Counted from the first letter of the stretch, positions 1-11,765 are shown. The stretch: DNA of 61,159 nt from Sphingomonadales bacterium (GCA_031418995.1 JANOKA010000215.1:1-61159), one strand, 5' to 3'. The notes: a model not told the origin generated them from the sequence alone. Numbers and translations: made by a program.

Positions 1-860
1 TGCTTCAATATTTCACCAGTACGGCGTTCATCAGGATCGGCGACATGCGCACCGAAACCGATAGACTTGCCCTCCAATCGATTGGAAATAATCTTTTCCA
101 GTCCCGAAAAAGCGCCGCCGCAAATGAACAGGATATTCGTCGTATCCACTTGCAGAAACTCCTGCTGCGGATGCTTACGACCACCTTGCGGCGGGACAGA
201 TGCAGTCGTGCCCTCCATCAACTTTAACAGTGCCTGCTGAACACCCTCACCCGATACATCGCGGGTGATTGATGGGTTTTCGGCTTTACGGCTAATTTTG
301 TCTATTTCATCGATATAAACGATACCGCGCTGAGCTTTTTCAACATTATAATCGCTGGCCTGCAATAGCTTTAGGATGATATTCTCAACATCCTCACCGA
401 CATATCCAGCCTCGGTCAATGTCGTCGCATCCGCCATGGTAAATGGCACATCAAAAGTCTTGGCTAATGTCTGCGCCAACAAAGTTTTTCCGCAGCCAGT
501 AGGCCCCACAACTAGAATGTTTGATTTTGCAAGCTCGACATCACCATTTTTTGCGGCGTGATTAAGCCGCTTATAATGGTTGTGAACAGCAACAGACAAT
601 ACGCGCTTGGCTTGCGGCTGGCCAATAACATAGTCGTTCAAAACATCACAAATCTCTTGCGGGGACGGGACTTCACCATCTTTTCGCCCGGTAAGATTGC
701 CCTTGGTTTCCTCACGAATAATATCGTTGCAAAGCTCAACACATTCATCACAAATAAATACCGTTGGCCCGGCGATAAGTTTGCGCACCTCGTGCTGCGA
801 TTTACCGCAAAAAGAGCAGTAAAGTGTGCTTTTGGTATCGGTTCCGCTCAACTTGGTCAT
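1..860 (-). CDS. clpX: ATP-dependent Clp protease ATP-binding subunit ClpX (3' part outside window)
   Basis: Reverse strand from ATG 860 reads [32 protein letters not shown] (C4 zinc finger) and later GPTGCGKT (Walker A); follows clpP. Confidence 0.97.
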   Translation of the reverse strand, partial: MTKLSGTDTKSTLYCSFCGKSQHEVRKLIAGPTVFICDECVELCNDIIREETKGNLTGRKDGEVPSPQEICDVLNDYVIGQPQAKRVLSVAVHNHYKRLNHAAKNGDVELAKSNILVVGPTGCGKTLLAQTLAKTFDVPFTMADATTLTEAGYVGEDVENIILKLLQASDYNVEKAQRGIVYIDEIDKISRKAENPSITRDVSGEGVQQALLKLMEGTTASVPPQGGRKHPQQEFLQVDTTNILFICGGAFSGLEKIISNRLEGKSIGFGAHVADPDERRTGEILK

Positions 861-996
861 ATTTATTCCTGAATCCGCACATTGCCGCGCGTTTGTTATT
901 TTATTGCAATATTATCGCGCTGCGAAACTTTGGCAATAGGCCAAAACAACTTGAATCTGTTTAGCAAACAAGGTGGATTAAGTCCTAACGCCCGAA

Positions 997-1650
997 TTAC
1001 GCTTTCAAATCTTCGCTACCACTTACGGTGGGGCGTTTGTCGAACACTTCATCAACCAGACCAAAGGCTTTTGCCTCGTCTGCTTCCAGAAAGGTATCGC
1101 GGTCCATCGCCTTTTCAATTTCTTTCAGTGTTTTACCGGTGTATTTGACATAAAGATCGTTCAAACGGCGACGGATACGTAGAATTTCCTTCGCCTGAAT
1201 TTCAATATCGGATGCCATGCCTTGTGCACCGCCCGAGGGTTGATGCACCATGATACGCGAATTGGTTAGCGCCACGCGCATGCCAGGTTCACCCGCCGCC
1301 AATAGAAAGCTTCCCATCGAAGCTGCCTGACCAATGCACACAGTGCCGACGCGTGGACGGATATATTGCATTGTATCGTGAATCGCCATCCCAGCGGTAA
1401 CAACACCGCCGGGGGAATTTATGTACATCCAGATATCTTTTTTGGGATTATCGGATTCCAGATACAAAAGCTGCGACACAATTTGCGCCGCCATGTAGTC
1501 TTCGACTTGGCCTGTAACAAAAATGATGCGCTCTGCCAAAAGACGCGAATACAAATCCGACATGAAACGGCTGTTCCCGACTTCCATCGGAACGCCCAAC
1601 ATTTTTTCTTCCAAGTTTTTGGCAACGGCGAACGGATTGGAATCGAACAT
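997..1650 (-). CDS. clpP: ATP-dependent Clp protease proteolytic subunit
   Basis: YINSPGG, QAASMG (catalytic Ser), MVHQP, MDRD motifs; ATG 1650 chosen. Confidence 0.97.
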   Translation of the reverse strand: MFDSNPFAVAKNLEEKMLGVPMEVGNSRFMSDLYSRLLAERIIFVTGQVEDYMAAQIVSQLLYLESDNPKKDIWMYINSPGGVVTAGMAIHDTMQYIRPRVGTVCIGQAASMGSFLLAAGEPGMRVALTNSRIMVHQPSGGAQGMASDIEIQAKEILRIRRRLNDLYVKYTGKTLKEIEKAMDRDTFLEADEAKAFGLVDEVFDKRPTVSGSEDLKA

Positions 1651-1691
1651 CAATAATCCTTATAAATATAGGTACAAATCATCTGACACCT

Positions 1692-1720
1692 ACATCGGGC
1701 GCAATGTGTCTAGTTTCAAG
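1692..1720 (-). promoter_or_regulatory. Putative RpoH (sigma32) promoter of clpP-clpX
   Basis: Minus strand CTTGAA-N16-CCGATGT, matching the alphaproteobacterial RpoH consensus CTTGAA-N16-CCNATNT, upstream of a heat-shock protease. Confidence 0.6.
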
Positions 1721-1746
1721 CCGAAAAACATCATCGCGTCATAAAT

Positions 1747-1779
1747 AAAAAGGCCCGGTTTGAATGACCGGGCCGTTTT
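1747..1779 (-). terminator. Intrinsic terminator after tig
   Basis: GGCCCGGT-N7-ACCGGGCC stem with flanking A/T tracts. Confidence 0.8.
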
Positions 1780-1785
1780 ATCATA

Positions 1786-3267
1786 TCATTTCTTGGCAGC
1801 GGCTTTTTTTTGTGCCGGCTTTTTTGCTACGGCCTTTTCTTCATCCGCAGCAGTGTCAGCAGCCTTTTTTGTTGCTGGCTTTTTAGGCTCAGCCTTCACT
1901 GCCTTTTTTGCGGTAGGTTTTTTCGCAGGCTTCGCATCCGGCTCAGCTTCAATTGCCGCTTCAAGCACTTCCCGCGTAACAGTTTTTTCACTTACTTCAG
2001 CCTTATCGAACAAGAAATCGACAACCTTGTCTTCAAACATAGGCGCACGCAGCTGCGCGGCAGCCATTGGGTTTTCCTGAAGATATTTGACAAATGCTGC
2101 ATGCTGTTCCCGCGGGTATTGTTGCGCAGCCTGTTGTACCAGCATGTTCATCTCTTGCTGACTGACTTCAACGCCATTGCCCTGACCGATTTCCGAAAGA
2201 AGCAAGCCTAGGCGTACGCGGCGTACTGCGATGTCACGATAATCGTCCTTTTCAGCTTCCATTTCTGTTTTGGCCGCTTCGGGGTCTTCTTCCCGCGCAG
2301 CCTCTTGCTCAAGTTGTGCCCAGATTTGTTCAAACTCGGCCTCAACCATAGACGGCGGCACTTCAAAATCATGCTCGGATGCCAATTGGTCAAGCAACTG
2401 ACGCTTCATGTAAGTACGCGTCAAACCGTTTAGTTCTTGCTCGACTTGGCCCTTCATCAACTCACGCAATTTGTCGATGCCGTCTAGGCCGAAACCTTTT
2501 GCAAGCGCGTCGTCCGCTTTCGCTTCAACAGGTTTTTTAACTTCGCCAACGACAATATCAAAGGTAGCCGCTTTCCCTTTCAGGTTTTCGGCATTGTAAT
2601 CCTCGGGGAAAGTAACATTCAATACTTTCGCATCATTGGCTTTCACACCAATCAACTGATCTTCAAACCCGGGGATCAATTGGCCGGAACCAATCTCTAC
2701 TGCCATTGCCTCGCCTTTGCCGCCTTCGAACGGCACGCCGTCAACCTTGCCCTCAAAATCAATGATAACTTGATCGCCGATAGTCGCTTTATAAGATTTG
2801 GCAGCGGTTTCGAAATTCTTCTGACCTTGCGCCAATTGCAGAATAGCGGCTTCGATGGCTTCGTCTGTTGGCTCAACCAAAAGACGCTCTAATTTCAAGC
2901 CGTCGATTGCAGGCGTTTCAATATTTGGCAAGATTTCAAAATGGAAATCAACCACCGCGTCCTTGCCGGGCGCGTAATCATCACCAAGATGCACGTGCGG
3001 CTGCGTTGCAGGGCGCAATTTATTATCTTCAATCGCCTTTTGGACGCCATCTTGAATCGAAGTGTTCAAAGCCTCTTGCATCAAGCTGTCTTTGTGCATT
3101 TTCTTTACAAGATTTGCAGGCACTTTACCTGGACGAAAACCGGGCATACGCATTTGAGGCGCAATTTTCTTCACTTCAGCGTCAACGCGCGATTCAACAT
3201 CGGCTGCGCTAATAGTTAACTTATACGCCCTTTTCAGGCCTTCATTTTGTGTCTCAACGGTTTGCAT
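1786..3267 (-). CDS. tig: Trigger factor with Lys/Ala-rich C-terminal tail
   Basis: GFRPGKVP ribosome-binding motif, FKBP domain (LIPGFEDQL); start MQTVET at 3267. Confidence 0.97.
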   Translation of the reverse strand: MQTVETQNEGLKRAYKLTISAADVESRVDAEVKKIAPQMRMPGFRPGKVPANLVKKMHKDSLMQEALNTSIQDGVQKAIEDNKLRPATQPHVHLGDDYAPGKDAVVDFHFEILPNIETPAIDGLKLERLLVEPTDEAIEAAILQLAQGQKNFETAAKSYKATIGDQVIIDFEGKVDGVPFEGGKGEAMAVEIGSGQLIPGFEDQLIGVKANDAKVLNVTFPEDYNAENLKGKAATFDIVVGEVKKPVEAKADDALAKGFGLDGIDKLRELMKGQVEQELNGLTRTYMKRQLLDQLASEHDFEVPPSMVEAEFEQIWAQLEQEAAREEDPEAAKTEMEAEKDDYRDIAVRRVRLGLLLSEIGQGNGVEVSQQEMNMLVQQAAQQYPREQHAAFVKYLQENPMAAAQLRAPMFEDKVVDFLFDKAEVSEKTVTREVLEAAIEAEPDAKPAKKPTAKKAVKAEPKKPATKKAADTAADEEKAVAKKPAQKKAAAKK

Positions 3268-3360
3268 ACAAGCTTCTCTGATCCTGACGATGCGCGGTTG
3301 CGCAGAAAAATATTTTGTGCGAAAATTCACCTATCAGGCGCATTCGCAAGCGGCGAAAAT

Positions 3361-3445
3361 TGGTGCGGGTGAAGGGACTCGAACCCCCACATCTCTCGAT
3401 GCCAGAACCTAAATCTGGTGCGTCTACCAATTCCGCCACACCCGC
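3361..3445 (-). tRNA. tRNA-Leu (anticodon TAG), CCA encoded
   Basis: GCGGGTGTGGCGGAATTGGTAGACGC-ACCAGA-TT-TAG-GT-TCTGG...GGTTCGAGTCC...CCCGCACCA; long variable arm; 85 nt. Confidence 0.97.
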
Positions 3446-3465
3446 TCCGGTTTCCCGGTGGCGCG

Positions 3466-3494
3466 GCCTTAACGGCAAAGATGCACAAGGGCAA
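3466..3494 (-). promoter_or_regulatory. Putative sigma70 promoter of tRNA-Leu
   Basis: TTGCCC-N17-TAAGGC followed by GC-rich CGCGCC discriminator. Confidence 0.5.
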
Positions 3495-3570
3495 GAGGCG
3501 AGCTAACTTGCATGTGATTAGTTAGATTTAATGCCGCTAACTATCCTCAAGAAAAAAGATAGGCGACACC

Positions 3571-4443
3571 CTATTTTATCGAAAAATCGAATACTTTTGA
3601 GGTGGTCGCCCCCATTCCCGCTCCCCCGATACCACCGCCGGACGTGGTCGACGAATATAAAAAACCATATTCACCTGTTTCAAGGGCATCCGATGGAAAT
3701 ACTTTGAAAACTCCTGGTGCAACATTATCGTATTCAAATGGAATGCGATCTTTGTCCATTACGCCGCTTTTAGCACCGCCGATGTTAAACTTCCCAACTT
3801 TTGCCTCGCGGCTGTTTTTCTTTACCTTGAATCTGACAAGACTGAATTCATTCGGTGAAGTCACAGATCCAGATTGCCAAAATGCATTTGTCGCTCCGCC
3901 TGAAAGGCTACGACCTGCTTGGTCAAAATAAAAATAGAATACGGGCTTTCTAGTGGCAGAAACATTACGTGCATTTGCATTTGGGATGACGGTGTTAAAG
4001 CTCATCGATGCAATGCCGCCCGTTAATGCATAGCCAAGAAAACCACCCGTTTTTGTCTGGTTTGACGTTGTCGGGTCCATGACAAGCATTTTTGGCGAAG
4101 GAAGCCAGTCAGCCAATAAATAAATGCCTGACGGATGCGGAACAAGTGGGTCAGGTGAATCAGGAGAGCTTTGCGCATTGCTTGAAACGTTCGATCCATT
4201 TGACATTTCTAGCATTGCAGCAATTACAGGCCCTGAGACACCTTTTGATTTTAGCTCGATCATTTTGTCCGTACTAAGTTCGAATTTGTTAGCAGAAGCC
4301 TTAATCTTGGCGATTATTGCCTCGTTGCCCAAACCGACTGCAGACAGTTGCACAACATCATCATTATTAAGCGTTTCCGCATGAGCTACGCTAGATGCGC
4401 TTAAAAATAACAATCCCGCGAAAAGAAAAAACGAACGACGCAT
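3571..4443 (-). CDS. Secreted hypothetical protein
   Basis: 290-aa ORF with signal peptide (MRRSFFLFAGLLFLSASSVAHA), small helical N-terminal domain and beta-rich C-terminal domain. Confidence 0.8.
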   Translation of the reverse strand: MRRSFFLFAGLLFLSASSVAHAETLNNDDVVQLSAVGLGNEAIIAKIKASANKFELSTDKMIELKSKGVSGPVIAAMLEMSNGSNVSSNAQSSPDSPDPLVPHPSGIYLLADWLPSPKMLVMDPTTSNQTKTGGFLGYALTGGIASMSFNTVIPNANARNVSATRKPVFYFYFDQAGRSLSGGATNAFWQSGSVTSPNEFSLVRFKVKKNSREAKVGKFNIGGAKSGVMDKDRIPFEYDNVAPGVFKVFPSDALETGEYGFLYSSTTSGGGIGGAGMGATTSKVFDFSIK

Positions 4444-4490
4444 CAAATATCCCCTATAAATTACCATTTCAGGGTAGCTATTTTACGCCG

Positions 4491-5993
4491 CTAATCAAGC
4501 GCTTTTTTCAGCAAGTCATTGATAATTTGTGGGTTCGCTTTACCTTGCATCGCTTTCATAGTTTGACCGACGAAGAAACCGAAAAGTTTATCCTTGCCGC
4601 CTTTGTAATCCGCAACCTTGTCCGGATTGGCGGCGATGATTTTGGCTATTTCGGCTTCGATAGCGCCGGTGTCACTGGTTTGCTTCAGTCCTTTTTCTTC
4701 AACGATTTCAGCGGCTGCTTTCCCTGTTTCCAGCATGATTTCAAACACTTGCTTTGCGATACTACCGCTGATCGTACCGTCGGCCACAAGGGCCAGTAAT
4801 TCAGCACCCTGCGACTGATTTACAGGGCTTTCCTCCAGCGGTTTACCCAGTTTATTGAGTACGCCCGTTAATTCCGACATCAGCCAGTTTGCCGCCTGTT
4901 TTGCGACATCGGCCTCGCTCTTGCCCTGTGCTGTGGCATTGGCGCGCAGGAATTCCTCGAACCATTCAGCGGTCTCATGCTCTGCGGTAAGCACAGCAGC
5001 GTTGTAAGCCGACAGACCGAGTTCTCGTTCATAACGCGCCCGTTTTGCATCGGGCAATTCGGGAAGCGACGCCTTGCATTCGTCCAAAAACGCGTCGTCC
5101 AGTTCAAGCGGCAACAGGTCGGGATCGGGGAAATACCGGTAATCATGCGCGTCTTCTTTCGACCGCATCGACCGAGTTTCGCCCTTCGCCGCGTCGAACA
5201 ACCGCGTTTCTTGGACGATCACGCCGCCGTCCTCGATGACATCAACCTGACGCTGCGCCTCATATTCGATGGTTTGCATAAGGAAACGGATCGAGTTGAC
5301 GTTCTTTGTTTCAGTCCGCGTACCGAGTTCACCGCCGGGTTTACGCACGCTGACATTCACGTCGGCGCGCATTGATCCTTGTTCCATATTGCCGTCACAG
5401 GATCCGACATACCGTAGAATTGATCTAAGCTTCTTAACATACGCCCCTGCTTCTGCTGGCGAACGCATATCAGGGCGTGATACAATTTCCATCAACGCAA
5501 CACCAGATCGGTTCAAGTCGACATAGCTCATCGTGGGATGCTGATCGTGCATCAACTTGCCTGCGTCTTGTTCGATATGGATGCGTTCGATGCCGATTGC
5601 ACGAGTGGCGCTGTCGGGGTCTTTCTCGTTCATCGTAACATCGATGGAACCCTCGCCAACGATGGGATGATAAAGCTGCGATATTTGATAACCCTGCGGC
5701 AAATCGGCGTAGAAATAGTTCTTCCGGTCAAAACGTGACCATTTGTTGATCTGCGCATTAATCGCCATTCCGGTTCGCACGGCCTGGCGCACGCATTCGC
5801 GGTTTACCACGGGCAACATGCCCGGCATTGCGGCATCGACCAGCGACACTTGGCTATTGGGCTCTTGCCCGAATTCGGTCGCCGCGCAGGAAAACAGCTT
5901 CGACTGCGACGAAATTTGCGCATGGACCTCTAGGCCGATGACAACTTCCCATTCGCCCGTGTTGCCCTGAATGCGATATGATGATTCATTCAT
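4491..5993 (-). CDS. gatB: Asp/Glu-tRNA amidotransferase subunit B
   Basis: [35 protein letters not shown]; ATG overlaps gatA stop (TAATG). Confidence 0.98.
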   Translation of the reverse strand: MNESSYRIQGNTGEWEVVIGLEVHAQISSQSKLFSCAATEFGQEPNSQVSLVDAAMPGMLPVVNRECVRQAVRTGMAINAQINKWSRFDRKNYFYADLPQGYQISQLYHPIVGEGSIDVTMNEKDPDSATRAIGIERIHIEQDAGKLMHDQHPTMSYVDLNRSGVALMEIVSRPDMRSPAEAGAYVKKLRSILRYVGSCDGNMEQGSMRADVNVSVRKPGGELGTRTETKNVNSIRFLMQTIEYEAQRQVDVIEDGGVIVQETRLFDAAKGETRSMRSKEDAHDYRYFPDPDLLPLELDDAFLDECKASLPELPDAKRARYERELGLSAYNAAVLTAEHETAEWFEEFLRANATAQGKSEADVAKQAANWLMSELTGVLNKLGKPLEESPVNQSQGAELLALVADGTISGSIAKQVFEIMLETGKAAAEIVEEKGLKQTSDTGAIEAEIAKIIAANPDKVADYKGGKDKLFGFFVGQTMKAMQGKANPQIINDLLKKALD

Positions 5994-7474
5994 TACCACC
6001 ACTCCCCCGGCCGCGCCACAAACCCGGCGCGTTCCTCGATTGCCAACCCTGCATTCAGCACGCCTTGCTCATCCAGCGCGTTGCCGATGATTTGCAAACC
6101 CAATGGTAAGCCATCCTTATTCAGCCCCGCCGGAACCGAAATGGCTGGCAATCCGGCCAATGATGCCGGAACCGCGAACACATCGTTCAAATACATCGCC
6201 AGCGGATCATCGCTTTTATCCCCCAGCTTGAACGCAGCGGTGGGCGTTGTTGGCGCTAGGATAACGTCGCATTTTTCAAATGCTTGTTCAAAATCACGCG
6301 CGATCAATGTACGGATTTTCTGCGCTTGTGTATAATATGCGTCATAGAATCCGGCGCTTAAAACATATGTGCCGATCATGATCCGGCGCTTTACCTCTGG
6401 CCCGAAACCAGCGGCACGAGTTGCGGCGTACATGTCTTGCAAGCCAGCACCATCGGGCAAATCGCGCAGTCCGTAACGCACGCCATCATAACGGGCTAGG
6501 TTTGAAGATGCTTCGGCGGGGGCGATAATATAATAAGCGGGCAACGCATATTTGGTGTGCGGCAGGGATATCTCGACAATCTCTGCGCCTGCATCTTTTA
6601 GCCAAGCAATGCCCTTGTCCCAGCTGTCCAATATATCCTGATCAGTTCCGTCCATGCGGTATTCTTTGGGAATTCCGACGCGCTTGCCGCGCATATCGCT
6701 GTTCAGTCCAGCCTCCCATTCGGGCACAGGCGTATCGAGCGAGGTTGCATCCTTGGGATCGTAACCTGCCATCGCCTCCAGCATAATTGCACAGTCGCGT
6801 ACATCATGCGCCATGGAACCGGCTTGATCGAGCGATGATGCAAATGCCACAACGCCCCAGCGCGAGCAGCGTCCATAAGTCGGCTTTATCCCTGTAATGC
6901 CCGTAAACGCAGCAGGCTGGCGTATCGAACCGCCCGTGTCCGTGCCTGTTGCCGCCGGACACAGCCGCGCCGCTACTGCCGATGATGATCCGCCCGATGA
7001 ACCACCCGGCGCGAGCGGCGCAGGATCATTACCTTGCCTCCACGGTGAAATCACGTTGCCGAAATAGCTGGTTTCGTTGGATGATCCCATGGCGAACTGA
7101 TCCATATTCAGCTTACCGAGCATCCCTGCCCCGGCCTTCCACAAATTGGCCGATACGGTCGATTCGTAAGTGGGCACAAAACCTTCGAGGATATGGCTGG
7201 CGGCAGTCGTTTGCACACCTTCAGTGCAAAACAAATCCTTCATGCCAATCGGCACGCCTGCCATTTTACCCAGCGGTTTGCCAGAAGAACGGGCATCATC
7301 TACGGCTTGTGCCGCAGTGATTGCCATATCAGGTGTTTCGACAATGAAGGTATTCAACGCCTTTGCTTTGACAATTTTTGCATTGAACGCGGCTGCGACT
7401 TCAACCGCACTAAATTCGCCAGACAAGACACCATTGCGGATAGCGGATACGCCCAAATCAGTCAGGTTGCTCAT
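5993..7474 (-). CDS. gatA: Asp/Glu-tRNA amidotransferase subunit A
   Basis: Amidase signature GGSSGGSS and [12 protein letters not shown]. Confidence 0.98.
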   Translation of the reverse strand: MSNLTDLGVSAIRNGVLSGEFSAVEVAAAFNAKIVKAKALNTFIVETPDMAITAAQAVDDARSSGKPLGKMAGVPIGMKDLFCTEGVQTTAASHILEGFVPTYESTVSANLWKAGAGMLGKLNMDQFAMGSSNETSYFGNVISPWRQGNDPAPLAPGGSSGGSSSAVAARLCPAATGTDTGGSIRQPAAFTGITGIKPTYGRCSRWGVVAFASSLDQAGSMAHDVRDCAIMLEAMAGYDPKDATSLDTPVPEWEAGLNSDMRGKRVGIPKEYRMDGTDQDILDSWDKGIAWLKDAGAEIVEISLPHTKYALPAYYIIAPAEASSNLARYDGVRYGLRDLPDGAGLQDMYAATRAAGFGPEVKRRIMIGTYVLSAGFYDAYYTQAQKIRTLIARDFEQAFEKCDVILAPTTPTAAFKLGDKSDDPLAMYLNDVFAVPASLAGLPAISVPAGLNKDGLPLGLQIIGNALDEQGVLNAGLAIEERAGFVARPGEWW

Positions 7475-7776
7475 TATTCAATCACCTTGGGTACGCCAAA
7501 AAAGCTGCCCTCTTTTGCTGGGGCATTTGCCAGCACTTTATCACGTACATTGCCTCCTGTATTTGGATCTGCATTAACGACATCATCACGCAAGAGAGAT
7601 TTTTTTGCGATAACCGATGCCATCGGTTCCACGCCGCTGACATCAACTTCGCTCAATTGCTCGACCCATTTAAGGATGCCGTTAAGTTCACCCACCATCG
7701 CGGTTGTTTCGGCATCGCTGATTGCGATACGCGAAAGACTGGCGATTTTCTTCACTGTTTCGCTATCTATGGACAT
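7474..7776 (-). CDS. gatC: Asp/Glu-tRNA amidotransferase subunit C
   Basis: [17 protein letters not shown]...FFGVPKVIE; first gene of gatCAB. Confidence 0.96.
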   Translation of the reverse strand: MSIDSETVKKIASLSRIAISDAETTAMVGELNGILKWVEQLSEVDVSGVEPMASVIAKKSLLRDDVVNADPNTGGNVRDKVLANAPAKEGSFFGVPKVIE

Positions 7777-7783
7777 GATCTTG

Positions 7784-7812
7784 CCGCTAGCATTGCCGTT
7801 GCCACGCTTCAA
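7784..7812 (-). promoter_or_regulatory. Putative sigma70 promoter, leaderless gatC
   Basis: TTGAAG-N17-TAGCGG-N7-ATG, no Shine-Dalgarno. Confidence 0.5.
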
Positions 7813-7930
7813 CGGAAAACTGGCGCAAAGTTATACTTGCTCAGCATCTGTTCAAAAATGCGGTGCAATAATACGCCAATCGTCTATTTGGCGGAGACCA
7901 GAGCAATGAATTCAGCATCAGGAACACATC

Positions 7931-9043
7931 GTGGTAAGAAAATTTTTATATATAGTTGCAGCAATAATCGCGATCGTCATCGCGGGTGGTTTTGCACTTA
8001 ATATATATTCCGATGAATTAACCGAACTAGCATTTGTGCCAACGGCAAAATTTGAAAAGCAAGCGGCGTTGGAAACCAGCGTATATGACGACACTTCTAT
8101 GTGGTATTCACGGCCCGAATTTAAACAAAATAACCCGGCTTTATGGAAACCCGAAGGCGCGCAGCAGGACGACGTTCCCGGCCCAGCTGCGGTATTTTTT
8201 GTCCATCCAACTTCCTTTATTTCCCGCTCGGAATGGAATGCGAAGCTTGAGGATAATGATACAAGTGCGCGAACGCGCGTTTTTTTGCGGGGGCTGGCAT
8301 CACCCTTTAACAGCGTCGGGCAAGTTTGGGCCCCGCGTTATCGTCAGGCCTCCATAGGCGCGTTCCTTACCCCAAAACCAGAAGGTCAAAAGGCGCTGGA
8401 CGCTGCATATCAAGACGTATTGCTTGCTTTCGACAGTTTCATTGAGGCTCAGCAATCTGATCGGCCGATAATATTGGCAGGACATAGCCAAGGCGCGCGC
8501 CACTTAACCCATTTGCTGCGCGACCGTGTGGCGGGTAAAAAATTGGCAAAACGCATTGTTGTGGCTTATGTAATTGGCTGGCCAATATCTATAGAGCGCG
8601 ATATTCCTGCCATGGGACTGCCTGCCTGCAATGCACCCGATCAAACGGGATGTATAATGAGTTGGGAAAGCTTTGCCGAACCTGCCGATTATGCACGCAT
8701 TGTAAAGGCATATGAAAGCACCCTGGGGTTTGACGGGCAGTCGCGTGCAGATACGAATATTGTCTGCACAAACCCGCTTACTGGCGGGGTGAATGAACCC
8801 GCAGAAGCATCCGCAAATTTGGGAACATTAAAACCGTCCAATGATCTGGCCAGCGGCAGCTTGGTTGCCAAGGCTGTACCGGCGCGGTGTGATGAAAAAG
8901 GGTTTCTATTAATCGGAGATCCACCCGAAATCGGCAATTATGTGCTGCCCGGCAATAACTATCATGTTTACGACATTCCCTTGTTTTGGGCCAACGTCCG
9001 ATTTGATGCACTGTGGCGTACACGGCAGTTTTTGACCCGATGA
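7931..9043 (+). CDS. DUF3089-type alpha/beta hydrolase, N-terminal membrane anchor
   Basis: FFVHPT, APRYRQA, GHSQG nucleophile elbow, YHVYD. Confidence 0.85.
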   Translation: MVRKFLYIVAAIIAIVIAGGFALNIYSDELTELAFVPTAKFEKQAALETSVYDDTSMWYSRPEFKQNNPALWKPEGAQQDDVPGPAAVFFVHPTSFISRSEWNAKLEDNDTSARTRVFLRGLASPFNSVGQVWAPRYRQASIGAFLTPKPEGQKALDAAYQDVLLAFDSFIEAQQSDRPIILAGHSQGARHLTHLLRDRVAGKKLAKRIVVAYVIGWPISIERDIPAMGLPACNAPDQTGCIMSWESFAEPADYARIVKAYESTLGFDGQSRADTNIVCTNPLTGGVNEPAEASANLGTLKPSNDLASGSLVAKAVPARCDEKGFLLIGDPPEIGNYVLPGNNYHVYDIPLFWANVRFDALWRTRQFLTR

Positions 9044-9507
9044 TTTTTACCGATGTAAACGGATTTCGTGACGCATTACCTGGCGGCGGCGTTATTATAG
9101 GTTTGGATGTGGGTACAAAAACCATCGGCACGGCGTTTTGTGATGCCGGATGGACGTTTGCTTCTCCAGCCGAATTGATCCGGCGTACAAAATTTATGAA
9201 AGACCGCGCCGCAATTCAAAAGTTAATTGCCAGCCGTACGACCCGCGGCATAGTGATCGGGCTCCCCCTAAATCTTGACGGTAGCGAAAGCCCGCGCACC
9301 CAATCTACGCGCGCGTTTGCCAGAAATGTCGACGATTTAGAGTTGCCTATATTATTGTGGGACGAACGCTGGTCAACACAGGCTGTTGAGCGCGCTATGA
9401 TTGCGGCTGACGTTACCCGCACCAAAAGGGCCGAAAAAATTGATAATGGCGCCGCAGCTTTCATTCTGCAGGGTGCTATTGATGCTATGGTCGCAAAATC
9501 GGTTTGA
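9040..9507 (+). CDS. ruvX: YqgF/RuvX nuclease
   Basis: [33 protein letters not shown]; ATGA overlap with upstream gene. Confidence 0.93.
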   Translation: MIFTDVNGFRDALPGGGVIIGLDVGTKTIGTAFCDAGWTFASPAELIRRTKFMKDRAAIQKLIASRTTRGIVIGLPLNLDGSESPRTQSTRAFARNVDDLELPILLWDERWSTQAVERAMIAADVTRTKRAEKIDNGAAAFILQGAIDAMVAKSV

Positions 9508-9555
9508 ACATGGTGCTTGAGCCAAAAGCAATTTCCCGTTAAAGGCATCGCTTTA

Positions 9556-10551
9556 ATGACATCGACAACAAATCTTAGCTCCGACCGCTTCCCTGCTGGC
9601 TCGGCAGCTTTTTCGCACCGACACTTGCTGGGTATTACTGGCCTGCAAAACTGGGAAATCCTCTATATTTTGGAACAGGCCGAACATTGGGTTGCTCTGA
9701 ATCGTTCCGGTGCTGCAAAACATGATGATCTGTTAAAAGGTCTGACCATCATCAACGCTTTTTTTGAAAATTCAACGCGTACATTGTTATCATTCGAAAT
9801 AGCCGGAAAACGGCTTGGCGCTGATGTGGTGAATATGCATGCTGCGCAATCAAGTGTGAAAAAGGGTGAAACGCTAATCGATACCGCAATGACACTTAAT
9901 GCGATGCGCGCCGATGCAATTGTTATCCGCCACGGAAGCTCAGGCGCGGTGCAACTTATATCTGGAAAAGTCGATTGCCCTGTAATCAATGCCGGCGACG
10001 GAACCCATGAACATCCAACCCAAGCACTGTTGGATGCGCTGACAATTCAACGCCGAAAGGGCCGGATCGAGGGTTTGGTAGTCACAATTTGTGGCGATGT
10101 TTTGCACAGCCGCGTTGCACGATCCAATATGCTCTGCCTCACTACGCTAGGCGCTCGTGTTCGCGTTGTTGCCCCGCCCGCACTGATGCCAGCTGGAGTT
10201 GAAAATTTTGGTGTAGATGCCTTTCACAATTTCGACGCAGCCTTGGACGGAAGCGATGTCGTAATGATGTTGCGCTTGCAAAATGAACGCATGCAGGGTG
10301 ACTTTATTCCTTCGCCGCGCGAGTATTTTCACCTTTACGGACTTGATGAACGCAGGCTCGCGCTGGCCAATTCTGATGCGCTTGTAATGCATCCTGGCCC
10401 TATGAACCGCGGCGTGGAGATTGCCAGCAGTGTTGCCGATAATATGCAGCGGTCCGCAATTACGGAACAAGTGGAAATGGGCGTCGCGGTGCGCATGGCA
10501 TGCCTCGACATTCTGACACGCAAAGCGCGCGGCGTGGAGGGGTGGTCATGA
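9556..10551 (+). CDS. pyrB: Aspartate carbamoyltransferase catalytic subunit
   Basis: [25 protein letters not shown]. Confidence 0.97.
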   Translation: MTSTTNLSSDRFPAGSAAFSHRHLLGITGLQNWEILYILEQAEHWVALNRSGAAKHDDLLKGLTIINAFFENSTRTLLSFEIAGKRLGADVVNMHAAQSSVKKGETLIDTAMTLNAMRADAIVIRHGSSGAVQLISGKVDCPVINAGDGTHEHPTQALLDALTIQRRKGRIEGLVVTICGDVLHSRVARSNMLCLTTLGARVRVVAPPALMPAGVENFGVDAFHNFDAALDGSDVVMMLRLQNERMQGDFIPSPREYFHLYGLDERRLALANSDALVMHPGPMNRGVEIASSVADNMQRSAITEQVEMGVAVRMACLDILTRKARGVEGWS

Positions 10552-11765
10552 AAGTTGAAATTACTGGCGGAATGGTTTTGTTGCCTCACGAAAAATCATC
10601 AAAGCGCGCCAGCTTATCCATAACAGACGGACGTATTGTTGGCGTAAATCTGAACACGGAAACTTCCGAAAATGTTGACGCAGGCGGGTTACTAGTCGCA
10701 CCTGGGATCATAGATCTGGGCGTGTTTGCAACCGATAAGCCAGCATTTCGGTTCGGCGGAATAACCCGGGCGGCGCTGCTTCCCGATCAATCGCCAGTCC
10801 ATGACGATCCGGCTACTGTCCGTTTTGCTGCTTTAAAAGGCAAACCCGATTTTTGGGTACATCCATTGGCTGCCGCGACGCGCGGTTTGGCGGGGGAGCA
10901 TATGGCCGAAATAGCGTTGATGAAAGATGCCGGGGCATTGGCTGTTTCAACTGGCCGCAACTGGATTAGCAATAGCGGGATCATGCTGCGGATTATGCAA
11001 TATTGTGCGGCGCTGAAAATGCCGCTTATTGTGCATAGCGAAGATAGCGGCATTACAGCAAATGCAGTTGCTACCGCCGGACCAACGGCAACATTGCTTG
11101 GATTATCAGCCGCCTCCGCAATTGCCGAACCCTTGGCGATTGCGCGTGATTTGATGCTTGCCGAAGAAAGTGGGGCGCAAATACACTTTCGCCAAGTAAC
11201 AACAGCAAGAGGTTTGGAACTTATTCGCACTGCGAAACGACAAGGGCTCAATATTACTTGCGGTATCACTCCGGCTCATCTGTTTTTATCTGAAATTGCC
11301 GTTTCCGATTTTCGTACATTTGCAAAGTTATCCCCGCCGCTGCGATCAGAGAATGATCGCGCAGCGTGTATAACCGCTGTAGCCGACGGAACTATTGACG
11401 TTATCTCATCTGGTCATAATCCCCGCGGACCCGAGGATAAGCGTCTTCCTTTTAACGAGGCATTGTCCGGTATGGCGGGGGCAGAGACATTATTGGCACT
11501 TGCGCTGAATCTGGTGCGCGATGGTAAAATCAATCTTGGCCGCCTGTTTGAAATGTTAAGCGCCAACCCAGCAAAAATTCTGGGAATTGAAGCGGGCCAA
11601 ATTGCCGCCGGAATGGAGGCCGATCTGATATTCGTAGATATCGACGCGCCGTGGCAAGTGGATAGCGCAAAAATGGCGGCGCTTGCTGGCAACACCCCTT
11701 TTGACAAGCTACCCGTTCAAGGCCGCGTGCGCAAAATAATGAAAGGCGGCAAAGTCATTCACTGA
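10548..11765 (+). CDS. pyrC: Dihydroorotase-like protein (probably inactive PyrC')
   Basis: Amidohydrolase fold (PPLR, NPAKILG, NTPF) downstream of pyrB; metal ligands degenerate (DLGVF, SSGHNP). Confidence 0.88.
   Translation: MKVEITGGMVLLPHEKSSKRASLSITDGRIVGVNLNTETSENVDAGGLLVAPGIIDLGVFATDKPAFRFGGITRAALLPDQSPVHDDPATVRFAALKGKPDFWVHPLAAATRGLAGEHMAEIALMKDAGALAVSTGRNWISNSGIMLRIMQYCAALKMPLIVHSEDSGITANAVATAGPTATLLGLSAASAIAEPLAIARDLMLAEESGAQIHFRQVTTARGLELIRTAKRQGLNITCGITPAHLFLSEIAVSDFRTFAKLSPPLRSENDRAACITAVADGTIDVISSGHNPRGPEDKRLPFNEALSGMAGAETLLALALNLVRDGKINLGRLFEMLSANPAKILGIEAGQIAAGMEADLIFVDIDAPWQVDSAKMAALAGNTPFDKLPVQGRVRKIMKGGKVIH

Noticed and set aside
3361-4490. tRNA-Leu as integration site of a genomic island
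   Set aside because: No integrase and no duplicated tRNA 3' end seen; the extra gene lies on the 5' side of the tRNA, while tig abuts the 3' side.
7193-7909. 238-aa plus-strand ORF and similar long antisense ORFs over gatA, OFOR, rapZ, icd, alaS and cckA
   Set aside because: They overlap well-supported genes on the opposite strand and have no protein-like motifs.
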